From positions 496,001 through 560,000 of the forward strand of contig OX597831.1 of NCBI GenBank assembly GCA_951406725.2: 64,000 nt of DNA, in the 5' to 3' direction. The notes beneath the pieces are model-generated. The model had not been told where the DNA came from. It saw nothing but the letters and a program-made list of their open reading frames with translations, and made no database searches. This DNA comes from Octopus vulgaris. Its lineage: Eukaryota. This document shows, piece after piece, positions 13,523-26,777 of the stretch. The translations under genes were made by a program, and so were the position numbers. How positions within the stretch are numbered: the stretch's first letter is position 1; every line of letters begins with the position of its first letter.

Positions 13523-16500
13523 ACCTTAATTGCCACTCCTCTAAGCACCACGTCTTCGCTGGTGATCGGAGCCCCTTTTTTGACATGAAGTGTTTGTTAT
13601 GTTATATATAAAGTGAGTGTATATTTATTAAATATATTTGCGACGGTTTTAAAGAAAAGAAAATCTAAACACATTATCTACCGCGTAGTTTTTTTTTTTA
13701 TCTTTACACAGTAAACTTGAACATTTACAAAACAAGGAAAAAAGAAACCTTAACCTATATATGTATGTCGTCATATTAAACACGCAGTTTTCTCTCCCTC
13801 CGCCCCCCTCTATCCGTGTGTATATATATATATATATATACGCGCTTGAATGTTGTGCGTTTCTATTGTCAATCCACTAATGTATACACACATTCGTAGA
13901 ACATGCTCCATACATTAACAACGCCATCCAGGGAGCTTCTTAAATAGTCACAACACATGCTAGAAATAGCAGCGAAATCTCCTTCCACTTTACTCGGTGT
14001 TAAAAAGTGAAGAAAGGCGTTGTACAATGTACTTTTGAGTGCAGTGAAGCTCTCGGGGGGGGGGGATAAAAGTATTAAAATGATGGTCATGGCCAGAACG
14101 TCTCAGGACAGCTGAAACAAAACAACGCCTTCGTGTGTGTTCGTGTATTGCATCCACTTCTAATTTTAAACAGCGATTCTCATCTCCTACCGTAAGACAT
14201 AAAGGTATATATATATATATGTGTGTGTGTGCTGTATTACAGAGCAAGAAAAGCTATCACAACACCCTGCTTTATTTATACACAAGTTTGTACGCGTACG
14301 CTGTAATCTATATATAAACATACAGAAATATACATACTTTATATATAAAGACATTCGTGACAATAAACTTGGCATCGTTACACTACGAAACCCACTCCTC
14401 ATCTTTTCTAAACATACATACACCGCATGTCAATTGTATTAAAATGTTTATGTAGTACAATTTGTCGTCTCTACGAAGTTACTGAGGCCTCTGGACCAAA
14501 GTGTTAGGCGTTTTGAAAAGGGATGTGTGTGTGGTGTGTATATATATATGTCAAGAATGTAACTCGTTCAATCTACTGCCAATGTCTTATTTTCTTCTTG
14601 TTGCTATCATCTTCCTCCTTATATATTTATTTATGGTACAGTAAACTGTGTTTCATTTCTCCGATGGCTGTCTTCGTTCTTCGTAGACAGACATTCGACT
14701 GTTTCCTTAGTTTAGCTTCTTCTTTCTTTTTTTTCATTTTACCACTCTCCCCTCCTCCTCCTGTCTGTTTGTTGGTCCGTCATTTATTAACATTTAAAAG
14801 GTAACAAATACCACTAGTAATTTATGAATGCAGAAATAATCCGTGAGCACACACACACACATGTTTTGATACACAAACTTAACACCCTACAAATGGAAGA
14901 AACACCCACAGAAAACTGAATGCCAGTTTAGCCTGAGGTCATCCTAAATCGGACAGACCTACCATCAAAGTGATCCAATCGTGGTCATCCTATCTTTACT
15001 CTGTTCACTCGTAAGAACAATGTACTCGGGATTATGTTATCCAAAAGTGTTCTAGCTTTCCAGGACAGCGGGATGTGATTTAATGGGGACTTATTTGACA
15101 TTTCTAGTAATGTCGAGCCTCCACGAAGTCGTCGTCCGTCCCCCCGTTGGCTCGCTAAATAAATAAATGTAGCTGAGCTCATCGAAATGAATCATCAGTT
15201 TCGAAGGAATATAATATACACACACACATTCATGTGGAGGGAAAGATATCATACTCTTCTTTTGTCCCTGGATCACTAGATCATTGAGGCGTCTTGAGTT
15301 TCCTTTTAGAAGAAAATTTGTGTCACTCATCACCAATCGTCCCTTACGAAATCGACAAAACTCAAGTAAGCAGTATGTGTACGTGCGCACACACACAGAT
15401 GTATAATATAATACGATCGAGAAGGCTACAAGAAAAAAAAAACAAACATAAGTATCATACAGTCACTAACATAATATATATATACCTGCAAACATATACA
15501 TTACGGAAGTATATATATATATATTCAGCCCATTGTGTGTGTACAGAAAATGTTTATTTCGCTCAATTACCGAGTGCTCAATATATGTATGTGCAAGATA
15601 AACAAGAATCCATGACTGCTAACAAACCTCACCTACCCCTGCAATAGAGTACAAAGTGGAATCGTCCAGAACGTTGACAACGAACATCTACGTATGTCGG
15701 ACTAGTCTAATATTCTGACTTTCTACATACCAATCATGTTCCACCCTATATATATATATATATAAAACAAGCTATGTAAAACGCGAAGAAAAGAGCTGTT
15801 TAATGCCATGTTTTATACGTGGTGAAGTAAAGAGAAATAAAACCTAATTGTACAACTGAAGATTTCATTGATTTTTGTTTTTTGTTTTCAGTGAACAGAC
15901 GACAAGGAATGGCGGTAGGAGGACTTAAGAGGAGAGAGGTAAAGAAAGAGAGAGAGAGAGATGGGGGAGGAGGAGAATGAGAAACACTAAGGGTGAGAGG
16001 TGGAAATCAGAGAGCGAAAAGTCCTGAAACAAAAGGAGTGAAAAAGAGAGAGAGAGAAGTGGGAGAAGTGTATTTAGAGATAGAGAGAAAGAGAGAGGTG
16101 TGAAAAAGTGGAACACGAAAAGAAGGATAAAAATAGAGAGAAAAGAGAAAAACGAAATAGATTGGAGAGAGAGAGAGAGAAAGAAAGAAGGAGAAAGGGT
16201 GAGCAAAAGAGAAGAGAGAGAAAAATAGGGAGAAAGAGGAAGCTACAGAGAGAGAGAGAGAGGGGGGGTTATTGTGATTGTTGAAATGTGTAGTCGACGG
16301 CTGGTGGTGGAGGTAGTGGTGGTGTTAGGTCGAGTTCATTTTTGAATTTGAAGCCCAGTCGACTCGCTCAGACACTGCATAGGAAATAAAGCGCGCTACA
16401 AGGAGAGAAAGAGAGGGAGGGAGGGGAAGAATTTGTATGATGGAAGGACGGAATGAACGAACGAATACAACACAACAGAGAGAGAGACACCATACAAATA

Positions 16501-17818
16501 TTTTCCTCTCAGCCAGCCTATGTTTATTTTATCAACAATATATAAAATTGCACTGCTACAGACAACAAACAAACTACTTCAATTCTATTTTTCTTTTTTT
16601 GTTAATACTAAGAACGAAGAATTTCACAGGGAGAAAAGAAAAATATATAACATTTTTACAAAGAAAATTTACCAGACGGACATTAATTAAGGCAGGAAAA
16701 AGATTAAAAAGATGGTAAAAAGAGAGAGAGAGAGACCAAAAAAAAAAAAAAAGCAGACGGATAAAAATAGAGATAAATTTTTCAGAAATGAATTAACGAG
16801 AACATTGGCAATCTACGATGTTCAGAGAATGGAAAAGAAGCCTTGGCTAGCTTTAGTTTTTTTCTTCTTTCTTCTGTTTGTGCGTTACGTTTTAGTTTTT
16901 GGTTGTTTAGGAAGCAAGAAGACATGATCAGAAATTAAAGTTGCACAAAAATCATGTTGTTAATATATATAAATAATATATATATATATATATATATATA
17001 TGCTGTTGTATTCACGTGAACATAGAAGAAGACTATAGAGAAGGGAAAATATTTGAACCAGATAATATTTTATGGTCGACTGGAACGAAGCCAAAATAAC
17101 AGATGTAATGCAGAGACAGATATAAAGTTGATGTGTTTGTATGGAAACGTATGTAAATATATATCAGTGATGTATACATGTGTAGATAGATTTGTAGATT
17201 TGTATATGTGTATTATTATTTAAATAAATGGGTGTGATGTTTTTCAGAAATCGTACCAAATAGCACACGTATATTTATATATATATACATCTATATACAC
17301 GCGCAGCACACATAATATAGTATATATATATATACAAATGAAAGATGTAGGTCACCCCGATTTTGATGCTTCGATGGGGGGAAAAGAGGGGAAATAGGTA
17401 AACAAAATAAACAACCGGTCAAACAAAAGCAAAATCGGCACAAAAGGAATATTTACTTCTGGTCACCGTTTTGACAACAAACAACATCAGAAGAAGAGGA
17501 TAAAATGCCCGTAGATATTGGATAGATATAAGTGTGATAGCAATTGCAATATTATGGTTGTGCATTCACGTCAATGAGAGAAGAAAAAAAAAAGGCACAC
17601 GACACGGATATAATGTTGTTACATATGTACATTGAAAAACTACGAAACCTGCGGCCCCGGTCGAACATCTGACGAAAATATCCTAACTTATGGAACATCC
17701 AATGTGTGGAGAGAAGAAATCAACGATATTTACCTTCAGACATTGGATGATGACGGCGATTTTTCCCCAGTTATTGAAAACGAGTATGGCAAACTAGCCA
17801 CATCTACCACCATCAGCG

Positions 17819-18031
17819 ATGTACCATCCTAACTTCTCTAACAACATTTGGAAATCCCTTACGTCATTCTCGTCAGCCAACCAGCGACGAGCGGCCACTT
17901 TGAAACGCCAATGGAAAAACATGGGCTTGTCTTCCGGGTTAGCAGTCGTCGTAGCAATCAGCTTGCTAGCAAGACGCGCCATCCAGTGTCGGTGGTGGTT
18001 GGCAAAGCTTGCAGCTGTGTTGCTGAGGTGA
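17819..18031 (+). CDS. Candidate short ORF or first coding exon with a hydrophobic segment (unknown protein)
   Basis: ATG-initiated 70-aa ORF in the most GC-rich non-repetitive stretch; hydrophobic GLSSGLAVVVAISLLA followed by RR; the stop lies in gag|gtgatt, which could instead be a splice donor. No family recognised. Confidence 0.3.
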   Translation: MYHPNFSNNIWKSLTSFSSANQRRAATLKRQWKNMGLSSGLAVVVAISLLARRAIQCRWWLAKLAAVLLR

Positions 18032-19039
18032 TTCTCAAGCGAAAGCACACACCACCTTAATAATGGTTGTTTTGTATTTTAACTGCGGAAACTTCAAAAA
18101 AAAAAAAAAAAACGAGAACAATAATTTGATACAGATGTCGACTAGGGGAGCTTTTCGAACACTTTGATCTGCTGGAGATAGCAACCAAATCTCACTCTAA
18201 CCATCTGATTAAAAAGGAAGGACATTGTATAGACGTCGCAGCTAATAATATCACCACGCAGGCCATGAGAATAGTAACATTACTGCACATTACAAACCTA
18301 CTAAGCAGCCTTTCAGCAATAAGACATTTGAAATCGTGATATAGACGAAGGCGCCTCTCGATCGCTTTAATTTACAGGAGATAGCAACCAAATCTCACCG
18401 TACCATTTGATACAAAGGAAGGACAGTGTGGAAGACGCGGTTAATATTACCATAGAGGCTATACCATACGCTATATGAGTGTAATAACATTAGTACGAAA
18501 CTATATAAACCAACAAGAAAATTATAGAAAAGGTTGATTGTCCAGTTCGAAATAGTGTTCATGTTTTAGTACCGAGTTAGCGCCAATGAAGTTAACCGCC
18601 GATCGAAGACGTTCCTCCCATGACCGTCGCCCTCTCTCCTTCCTTTCTTTTACTTTCAGACAGTGTATCTAGAAACACGTTATCCATTTTTGAAATTCTT
18701 TTTTCATAAAAAAAAAAAGTTGGGTGTGATCTGAGAAAAAAAATTTGGTTGCGATTTCTAAACAGGTGAAGCGATCATCGTTGGCGAAATTAGGATACAT
18801 CGTTAATCGACTGATGGTATCCTTATAAATTGTTTCAGTTAAATCAGATTACACACATACATATATATATATTACACACACACACAGAGACGTGTCAGGT
18901 ATCAGGTTTCTGGGAGTGAAATAAATAAAAATAACCAGTGCAGTGCACTGAAATAAAACTAATTATCTTTGTTACCAACAAGAATAATAATTCAGCAAAT
19001 AAAAAAAAAATTTCATAATTTGATTTAGGAACCAAAAAC

Positions 19040-19190
19040 AAGCAATCAGCCACCCGGATGATACCGCGGAAAGCATTCGGTCTAGTAAACATTTTGATTT
19101 GTATTGCATTTCTGCCTCGATTCTTCTTTGTTGCATGAAAGTGTGATGTAGCTACTTTGGTGAAGGATTGAAAATTGTTAGCAGCGTGTA
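19040..19190 (+). promoter_or_regulatory. Candidate promoter/first exon at a CpG-rich to CpG-poor boundary
   Basis: cccggatg..ccgcggaaagcattcgg CpG cluster, then donor-like gt|gtatgt near 19188; CpG depletion starts about 400 bp downstream. Confidence 0.3.
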
Positions 19191-20529
19191 TGTATGTATA
19201 TATTTGGGTATGTGTGTGTGTGTGTATAAAATGTTGATTTAAATTTCTTATATATGGTCTTTTGTTTCTTTTCTTTTAGATTATTTTAATAGTTAGGGTG
19301 GCAGAGGTTTGACATAAATCTTTCTTATAAACTGGGTGTGAAAGAACATTCGACGCTCATATTTTCTCACCGAAAATTGTTACGAAAGAATCGAGGCGAC
19401 TGGGTTCGATAACAAGCAGTAACCCTCCTTCTTCTCATATTTGTTGCTAATGCACATATGATATGCATGTGCGCACTTTTATACTACATTCAAATTTCGC
19501 TGCCGTGTACTAAACCGCATACGTACGTACATACATTTATTTATACTAGCAAGGACAACCTTTTTCGAGAAGCAGGGTCGCAGGTTGCTCATGACTGATT
19601 TATACGTACATGCATGCATACATACAGTTGCTTGAAATGGAATATATTTTTCATAATTTGATAGGAAAACAGAAAAAAACTTGACCAAATTGTACAGCAT
19701 GAAGCAATAATGATATTCCAGCAAAGAGGTTGAAGACAGATAGTAATCTCCCAGCTATGGTAGGAAATGAAACAAAGAAGGCCAAGGATGCCACCCTGTT
19801 TATCACCACTGCCTGGATTTTGAATGGCTTTAGTTATTGCAAGCCTTTAGACTAGATCTACCACCATCACTTTCCTTCTTTGCCATGGTTTTCTTGTATC
19901 AGTTGGAGTGGGTATCAACTGTGATCTGCAAAAGATCAGCAGAGATAATGGCCACAGTTTATTCTCCCATACCTGCCATCAAACATTCTTTTGCAGTAGC
20001 ATAAATCAGACTGGTCTTAGATGAAACAAACTCACACACATACCCAAGTCCATTCACAAGATATGGAAAAAACAGAAACTGTAAAGGAAGAGAGTCGCTC
20101 AAGTTTTCACACAGGGCTCTATCGAGAACAATGTGGATGCAAACAAAATTCTAAATCATACAGCCATGGCTGAACCTTTATCCTATTTTGTAGAATAAGG
20201 TGTAGTGTATTCTTGCGTTTTCAAAGAAGTAAAATATTTGTCCATAACATGCTGCTTGAAAAGCAGAAGTAACAACGATATCATATATATATAATCATTT
20301 TAATGTTCACTTTTCCATACTTGTCTGGATCAGACAGAATTTGTTGAGGCTGGATGTTCTTTTTGTCAATAACCCTCATCTGTTTCCAAACTATTTTCAT
20401 GAAAGATAAAACAACACTACTTGTATGACAGTGTCATTTACAATTATCATGCAATGTGAAGACATTGAGACATAAACGCATGTACATATTTAATGTGTTT
20501 GTGTGCATAAAAGGACAAGAAAGTAATAT

Positions 20530-20985
20530 CTCATCCAAAAATGAAATTTTTTATAAAATTCAAAAAAATATCAACTGGATTATAGCTGGGAGATAACAGT
20601 TTACTCAAAGTAGCTACCCTCATTTCCACTGTGGCCTCAAGACAGATCCAGAACCTGGTGCATGCGTTCTTCCCTATGTCCCTGGGAGGATCTTTGAACA
20701 CCTCCATGATCTTGGTCACCAGCTCAGCCTTGGTGTTGCAGGCAGAGCAGTTGGGGTCTTTCTCAACCACACTCCTAACATAGTAATCCATGGGGTTAAG
20801 TTGAGGGAATTAGGAGGAGAGAATTCGGCACTGGTGAAGCAGAAATCCTCTCACGACCATTTCTGACTCTTTCCAGAGATATGGCAAGGAGACAAATCCT
20901 GCTACCACACACATGGCATTCCAGCAAGCAACCCTCTCCAGCCAGGGCTTGACCACGGTCTCCAGCAGTTTCATCAGGCTACAGA
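20530..20985 (-). pseudogene. Tc1/mariner-superfamily (maT/DD37D-like) transposase C-terminal remnant
   Basis: Minus-strand KLLETVVKPWLERVA ... SPPNSLNLNPMDYYVRSVVEK ... NTKAELVTKI ... KNACTRF resembles WPPNSPDLNPLDY..W..L..ACxxF of Tc1-like transposases. Confidence 0.8.
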
Positions 20986-21054
20986 AGGAGGAAACAGTTG
21001 ATTTAATAAGAAACCCCAGTGCATGGCTTGTACTTATTATATCAACCTGTCGTC

Positions 21055-21180
21055 GTTTAACGTCCACTCTCCATGCTAGCATGGGTTGGATGGTTCAACT
21101 GGGGTCTGGGAAACCAGAAGGCTGCACCAGGCCCAGTCTGATCTGGCAGTGTTTCTACAGCTGGATGCCCTTCCTAACGC
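21055..21180 (-). mobile_element. 5'-truncated SINE family C with a 28-bp target-site duplication
   Basis: cttgtacttattatatcaacctgtcgtc at 21027-21054 and 21181-21208 flanks the family C 3' part (gttaggaagggcatccagctgtagaaac..ccatgctagcatgga on -). Confidence 0.9.
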
Positions 21181-21460
21181 CTTGTACTTATTATATCAAC
21201 CTGTCGTCTGCTTTGGGAAGAATGAAGACTGAATGGTTAAGTCAATCTAGGTAAGAATTAAATTCAGAGAATATTAGAATTTAACCAAATAACGATTTTT
21301 AACAAAAGCACAAGATCAAGAATTTGCAAGGACGAAATAGTCAATGAAATTTCTTTCTGTACTTAACTTTCGACATCTTTTATTAACATGAGAAGGACAA
21401 AAAGCTAATGAGAACCTTGGTAGAATTTGAATTCAGGATTATAAACAAACAGAACGAATA

Positions 21461-21848
21461 GGCGCAGGAGTGGCTGTGTGGTAAGTAGCTTGTCTACCAA
21501 CCGCATGGTTCCGGGTTCAGTCCCACTGCGTGGCACCTTGGGTAAGTGTCTTCTACTATAGCCTTGGGCCGACCAAAGCCTTGTGAGTGGATTTGGTAGA
21601 CAGAAACTGAAAGAAGCCCGTCGTATATATGTATATATATGCGTTTGTGTGTCACTGTGTTTGTCCCCTAGCATTGCTTGACAACCGATGCTGGTGTGTT
21701 TATGTCCCCGTCACTTAGCGGTTCAGCAAAAGAGACCGATAGAATAAGTACTGGGCTTACAAAAGAATAAGTCCCGGGGTCGAGTTGCTCGATTAAAGGC
21801 GGTGCTCCGGCATGGCCGCAGTCAAATGACTGAAACAAGTAAAAGAGT
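21461..21848 (+). mobile_element. SINE family A, young full-length copy
   Basis: ggcgcaggagtggctgtgtggtaag (A-box-like) .. gggttcagtccc (B-box-like) .. gaaacaagtaaaagag; near-identical to copies at 24.9, 29.9, 35.6, 36.5, 41.2, 57.5 and 58.8 kb. Confidence 0.95.
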
Positions 21849-22869
21849 ATCACAAGGATTTTGACTGCCACCATCCATCACTCTCATATCATGAAGTAAT
21901 TGCTTCTAACTCAGACAGGAGGCTAGCAATCTTTAGGGGTCAGTCAATTACTTCAATCTTAATGTCTGAAAGGATGAAATGCAAAGCTGACTTCAGCTGG
22001 ATTTGGACTCAGAATCTAAAGAACCGGAACAAATCTGCAAAAATATTTTTTGCCTGATGCTCTAACAATTCTGTCATAATCTACTACTCTCACATGATAT
22101 GAAATAATATATCATGGGATATGCAATGACATATCACATGAGATATGCAATAAACAAACATGATTGGCACAAAATCAGGACCACGCCAAGAAGTTAGGAA
22201 TATGGATAAAAATATTGATCCTGATACATGCTTTTTATTTTTATCAATGCTGGATTAATGACTGACTTTATCAATGCTGGATTGGAGTGATGAATTTGTA
22301 GAGTTGTTAGGTTGCTAGAGTGATGGATAGAATATCTTGCAGTATTTGTTTCAACCTTCTACACACTGAGTTGAAATCCCACTAATACCAACTGTACATA
22401 TGAAAGGCTTCTTTCAGTTTCTGTCAGTCAAATTCACCCACAAGGCTTTGGTCAGCCTAAAACTATAGTTGAAGACACCCTCAATGCCATAAAGAGGAGC
22501 TGAGCTCAAAATCATGTGGATGGGACACAAACTTCTTTACACATCTACGTTTGTACCTATCATCATTTTCAATTTGTTTTCTATGCTGATGAGGGTTAGA
22601 CTGACCATCAAGGCTTGAATCACTTCTTATTGGGAGCAACTGCTCCTAAAGACTGGTGCTCATATCATCTGGTGCGTTTCTTATGACTTGTTGCCTTTCC
22701 CAGCTATAACCAATTTACAGAGAATACAATGTGCATTTTCTGATGGCACCGACACTAGAGAGATTGAATGCTCCCCTGAGAGACAGGACGTCACAAACCT
22801 ACACTCTCTCTAACCTTTTAACCAACCACTTTACAGTGTGTAAACTATGTGGAAAGCCTTGTATACAAT

Positions 22870-23265
22870 ATTCATTTCTTTGTTTCAGTCATTTGACTGA
22901 TCATGTTGGAGCACAATCTTGAAGGATTTTAGTTGAACAGACCAACTTATCTTTTAAGCCTAGTACTTATTCTATTGGCCTATTTTGCTGAACTGCTAAG
23001 TTATGGGGATGTAAACACACCAACAGCAATTGTCAAGCGCTGATGGGAAGACAAATACAGACACACACACACACATATATTATATATATATATATATAAA
23101 CACGATGGGCTTCTTTCAGTTTCTGTCTACCAAATCCACTCACAAGGCTTTGGTTGGCCCAAGGTTATAGTAGAAGACACTTGCATAATGTGCCATGCAG
23201 TAAGACTAACCCTGGAACTATGTGGTTGAGAAGAAAGCTTCTTACCATACAGCCATGCTTGCCCC
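22870..23265 (-). mobile_element. SINE family A, older copy
   Basis: Reverse complement of the family A consensus. Confidence 0.85.
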
Positions 23266-23299
23266 TACACAAAAATCTACCCAGGTATGGCTGTGCAAA

Positions 23300-23665
23300 G
23301 GAAAGCTGAGTTCTGTGGTTAAAATGTTTGCTTTGTGGGTTTAGGGTTAAGTCCTACGGCATAGCATCTTGGGTACGTATCTCCTTATAGAGCTTCAGTC
23401 TGACCTAAGTCTTGGTAGGTAGAAACTTAAGGAAGCCTGTCATATGCATACAAGTGGATAGACATAAAGTATGTATATGTTGAAAGCTGTCCATTTGATT
23501 GCAATTTTCTGTAAAAACATGTCTGGCCATTGTGCTGTTTGTGTAAAGATGACAAGCAGAAATATTAACTTACAAGAAAACCAGTGAAGATTATCAACAG
23601 AAAGAGCATTGTCCCTCTCTCTGCAAGAATGGAAAAGTGGGCATCAAAATGATGATGATGATTAT
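23300..23665 (+). mobile_element. SINE family E (A-like head, C-like 3' end with (GAT)n tail); related copies at about 20295-20480(-), 26055-26460(-), 34865-35240(+), 56740-57310(-), 59880-60300(-)
   Basis: aaaacatgtctggcca..ggaaaagtgggc.ttaaaatgatgatg motif shared among these copies; boundaries approximate. Confidence 0.6.
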
Positions 23666-24009
23666 GGTCTCTCACTCTCACACACATTGAGTGGATTTGG
23701 TAGATAGAAACTGAAAGAAGCCTCTGGTATATATGTATATATATCTATGTGTGTGTGTCTTTGTGTCTGTCCCTCCACCATCACTTAACAACTAGTGCTG
23801 GTGTTTACATCCCCATGACTTAGAGGTTTGGTAAAAGAGACTGACAGAATAAGCAACAGGCTTTTAAAAAATAAGTACTGGGGTTGATACATTTGACTAA
23901 AAATTTCTCAAGGTAGTGCCCCAGCATGGCCACAGTCTTATGACTGAAACAAGTAAAAGATAAAAGATATCTGTGTGTGTGTGTGTATGTACACATACAC
24001 ACACTTAGC

Positions 24010-24720
24010 ACTTGGTTGGGCAACCTTTGGGAATGTGGAAAACCATGAGAAGTCCTAAGGCTTTCATGAAGATTAACCCTTTTGTTACTGTATTATTTTG
24101 AGATGCTCTGTGTTTCTTTCAATTATTTTAAATATAACAAAGAATTTAGTAAAATAACTTAGTTATCATTCAGCTAGTGTTAGGAACATAAATTGTGACT
24201 AAGGTTTGGTGGAAGATATTAATTCAAAACTTATGAAAACAAGACATTTGTATTACAGAGCCAGAGGCGATTTCAGGCAGGTTGGTATCAAAAGGGTTAA
24301 AAGAAAGATCTTCAACATGTACATCCTGCCAGTGAAGATTTATGATAGTGAAACATGGGTTCTCAAACACTACAACAATCACGAATGCTCTCATTGCAGC
24401 TCAATGGTAAACAGAACGAATCATGCTTGGCATTACATTGTGGGACAAGAAAACCAATGCTTGGATTCAACAGCACACGAGAGTCAACGACATCATAAGA
24501 ACCACCAGAGATATTAATTAATATAGATAGGCTGGCCATATTGTTGCAACTGAAGGACAATCAGGGTTACAGAATGGACACAAAAATAATGGACAAGATC
24601 AAGAGGCTGATCAAAGACACTACCTGGGCCCTACATGGACATGACTGACCAGAGACAGCCAGCAGAGGAAGGAATCCAGGAAAGGGTTCATCACTCCTGA
24701 GGAGTGATGAAGCCCTAGAT
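24010..24720 (+). mobile_element. RTE-clade LINE 3' fragment interrupted by a MITE
   Basis: KRKIFNMYILPVKIYDSETW resembles the RTE RT C-terminal motif (K..VF..CILP.L.YG.ETW); ends in a stem-loop at 24684-24715 and an (ATT)-like tail. Confidence 0.75.
24077..24296. mobile_element. piggyBac-like MITE (220 bp)
   Basis: TTAA at 24073-24076 and 24297-24300; TIR cccttttgttac / gtatcaaaaggg. Confidence 0.88.
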
Positions 24721-24918
24721 ATTATTATAATTATAAAGGTGGCGAGCTGGCAGAATTGTTAGTACATCGAGCAAAATGCTTAGCAATATTTCGTTGGCCT
24801 GCTCACTTAATCAGCAGGAAGGTGTCATTCAAAGGCTAAAATGATGCAAAGCACATTGTGACCGGCGATGTGTAACAGCATCTGATAGTCTGGTTGGTTG
24901 AGTAATATATATACTATA

Positions 24919-25320
24919 TACTTGTTTCAGTCATTTGACTGCGGCCATGCTGGAGCACCGCTTTTAATCGAGTAACTCGACCCCAGGACTTATTCTTTTG
25001 TAAGCCCAGTACTTATTCTATCGGTCTCTTTGCCGAACCGCTAAGTGACGGGGACATAAACACACCAGCATCGGTTGTCAAGCAATGTTAGGGGGACAAA
25101 CACACATACACAAACACACACACACACATACACATATATATATATATACATATATACGACAGGCTTCTTTCAGTTTCCGTCTACCAAATCCACTCACAAG
25201 GCATTGGTCGGCCCGGGGCTATAGCAGAAGACACTTGCCCAAGATGCCACGCAGTGGGACTGAACCCGGAACCATGTGGTTGGTTAGCAAGTTTACTTAC
25301 CACACAGTCACTCCTGCGCC
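24919..25320 (-). mobile_element. SINE family A, young full-length copy
   Basis: Reverse complement near-identical to 21461-21848. Confidence 0.95.
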
Positions 25321-25339
25321 TATATATATATATATCTGC

Positions 25340-25642
25340 TGAGACCCCCTTCGGTCATGACTGAACATGGGATTGCACCTAGAAAGTTACCCTCCGAGGC
25401 ACAAGTCTGGGCAAGGTTGTTTATGGAAGACCAGCAGTCGCCCATGCATACCAGCCTCCCCCCACTCCACGCCACCAGTGTTATCCAAGGGAAATCAAAG
25501 ACGTCACAACTCATTTCTACAGCTGAGTAAACTGGAGCAACGTGAAATAAAGTGTCTTAAGAACGCAACCCGGTCTGGGATTCAAACTCACAACCTCATG
25601 ATCATAAGCTCGACGCTCTAACCACTGAGCCATGCGCCTTCA
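25340..25642 (-). mobile_element. tRNA-headed SINE with RTE/BovB-type 3' region (internally deleted)
   Basis: Minus-strand head gaaggcgcatggctcagtggttagagcg..gtttgaatcccagaccggg; body gctggtatgcatgggcgactgctggtcttccataaacaacc. Confidence 0.65.
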
Positions 25643-25704
25643 CAAACACACACATACACATCTTTATGTACACATGCATATAATTTTTGCAGAGTCAAAA
25701 AATT

Positions 25705-25855
25705 TATGGCGTTAGGAAGGGCATCCAGCCGTAGAAACACTGCCAGATCTGACTGGGCCTGATGAAGCCTTCTGGCTTCACAGACCCCAGTTGAACCGTC
25801 CAACCCATGCTAGCATGGAAAACGGACGCTAAACGATGATGATGATGATGATGAG
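25705..25855 (+). mobile_element. SINE family C 3' part; further copies at 28108-28308, 29330-29487, 37080-37232 (+) and 61283-61465, 62590-63200 (-)
   Basis: ggcgttaggaagggcatccagc.gtagaaacactgccagatc..gaaccgtccaacccatgctagcatggaaa.cggacg.taaacgatgatgat. Confidence 0.9.
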
Positions 25856-26731
25856 ATTACGTGATTGCGGAATGAGTGTGTAGTTCTTTCATTCGTATTA
25901 CTAGAATTGGTAAGGTGATCACAAAATACCTTTCTGTATGTTGTTGTGCCTCTTTATAGTCTGAGTTCAAATACCACTGCAGGTGATACCTGCTTGTTAT
26001 CCAAATAAGTATCAGTGATGTAGTGTGGTTTACATATTTGATTATTCTTCACCATCATCATCATCATTTAATGTCCACTTTTCCATGTTCACATGGACCA
26101 AACAGAATTTGTTGAGGCAGACATTTTTCTATGGCCTGATGCCATTCCAGATGCCAACTCTCACCTGTTTCCAAGCTAGCTAAAATTTTCCCATAACTAG
26201 ACATGCCTTTCATGGAAGACTAGAAAGGCACAGCCTCACTTGTATGCGGATGATGCTCATTTACAACCGTCAAATGATATCTGGACAAGGGTACAGACAA
26301 ATACATGCACACACACATGTTTCTTTCAGCTTCCATTCAGCAAATCCACTCATAAGGTTTTAGTTGACCCACAAGTATAGCAGAAGACACATGCTGAAGG
26401 TGGGATTGAACCTAAGACCACACGAATGGGAAGCAAGCTTCTTAACCACACAGCCGCTGTTAATAAATTATGGCCGTGTGCCTATGTAAGAAATCAATAT
26501 ATTTGCAGTTTGCGATGTGTGCAATGCTGTGCTGCTGCACATACAGCAAGCCAGTCCAGTCAATGCTGCTAAACATGAAGGAACACATGACAATGGTGGG
26601 GAAGGTGGTAGTTATTGCAGTGATGATGATGATGGTAATACAATGCACAGATACATACATACATATATATATATTATATATAAACCAATTCATGGAAAAG
26701 ACAGATACAAAAATGAACAAATATATTATAC

Positions 26732-26777
<46 letters not shown>

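Noticed and set aside
25085-25342. Recurring ORF (..RASFSFRLPNPLTR..HLPK.P.SGTEPGTMW..) found many times
   Set aside because: Antisense read-through of SINE family A, not a gene family
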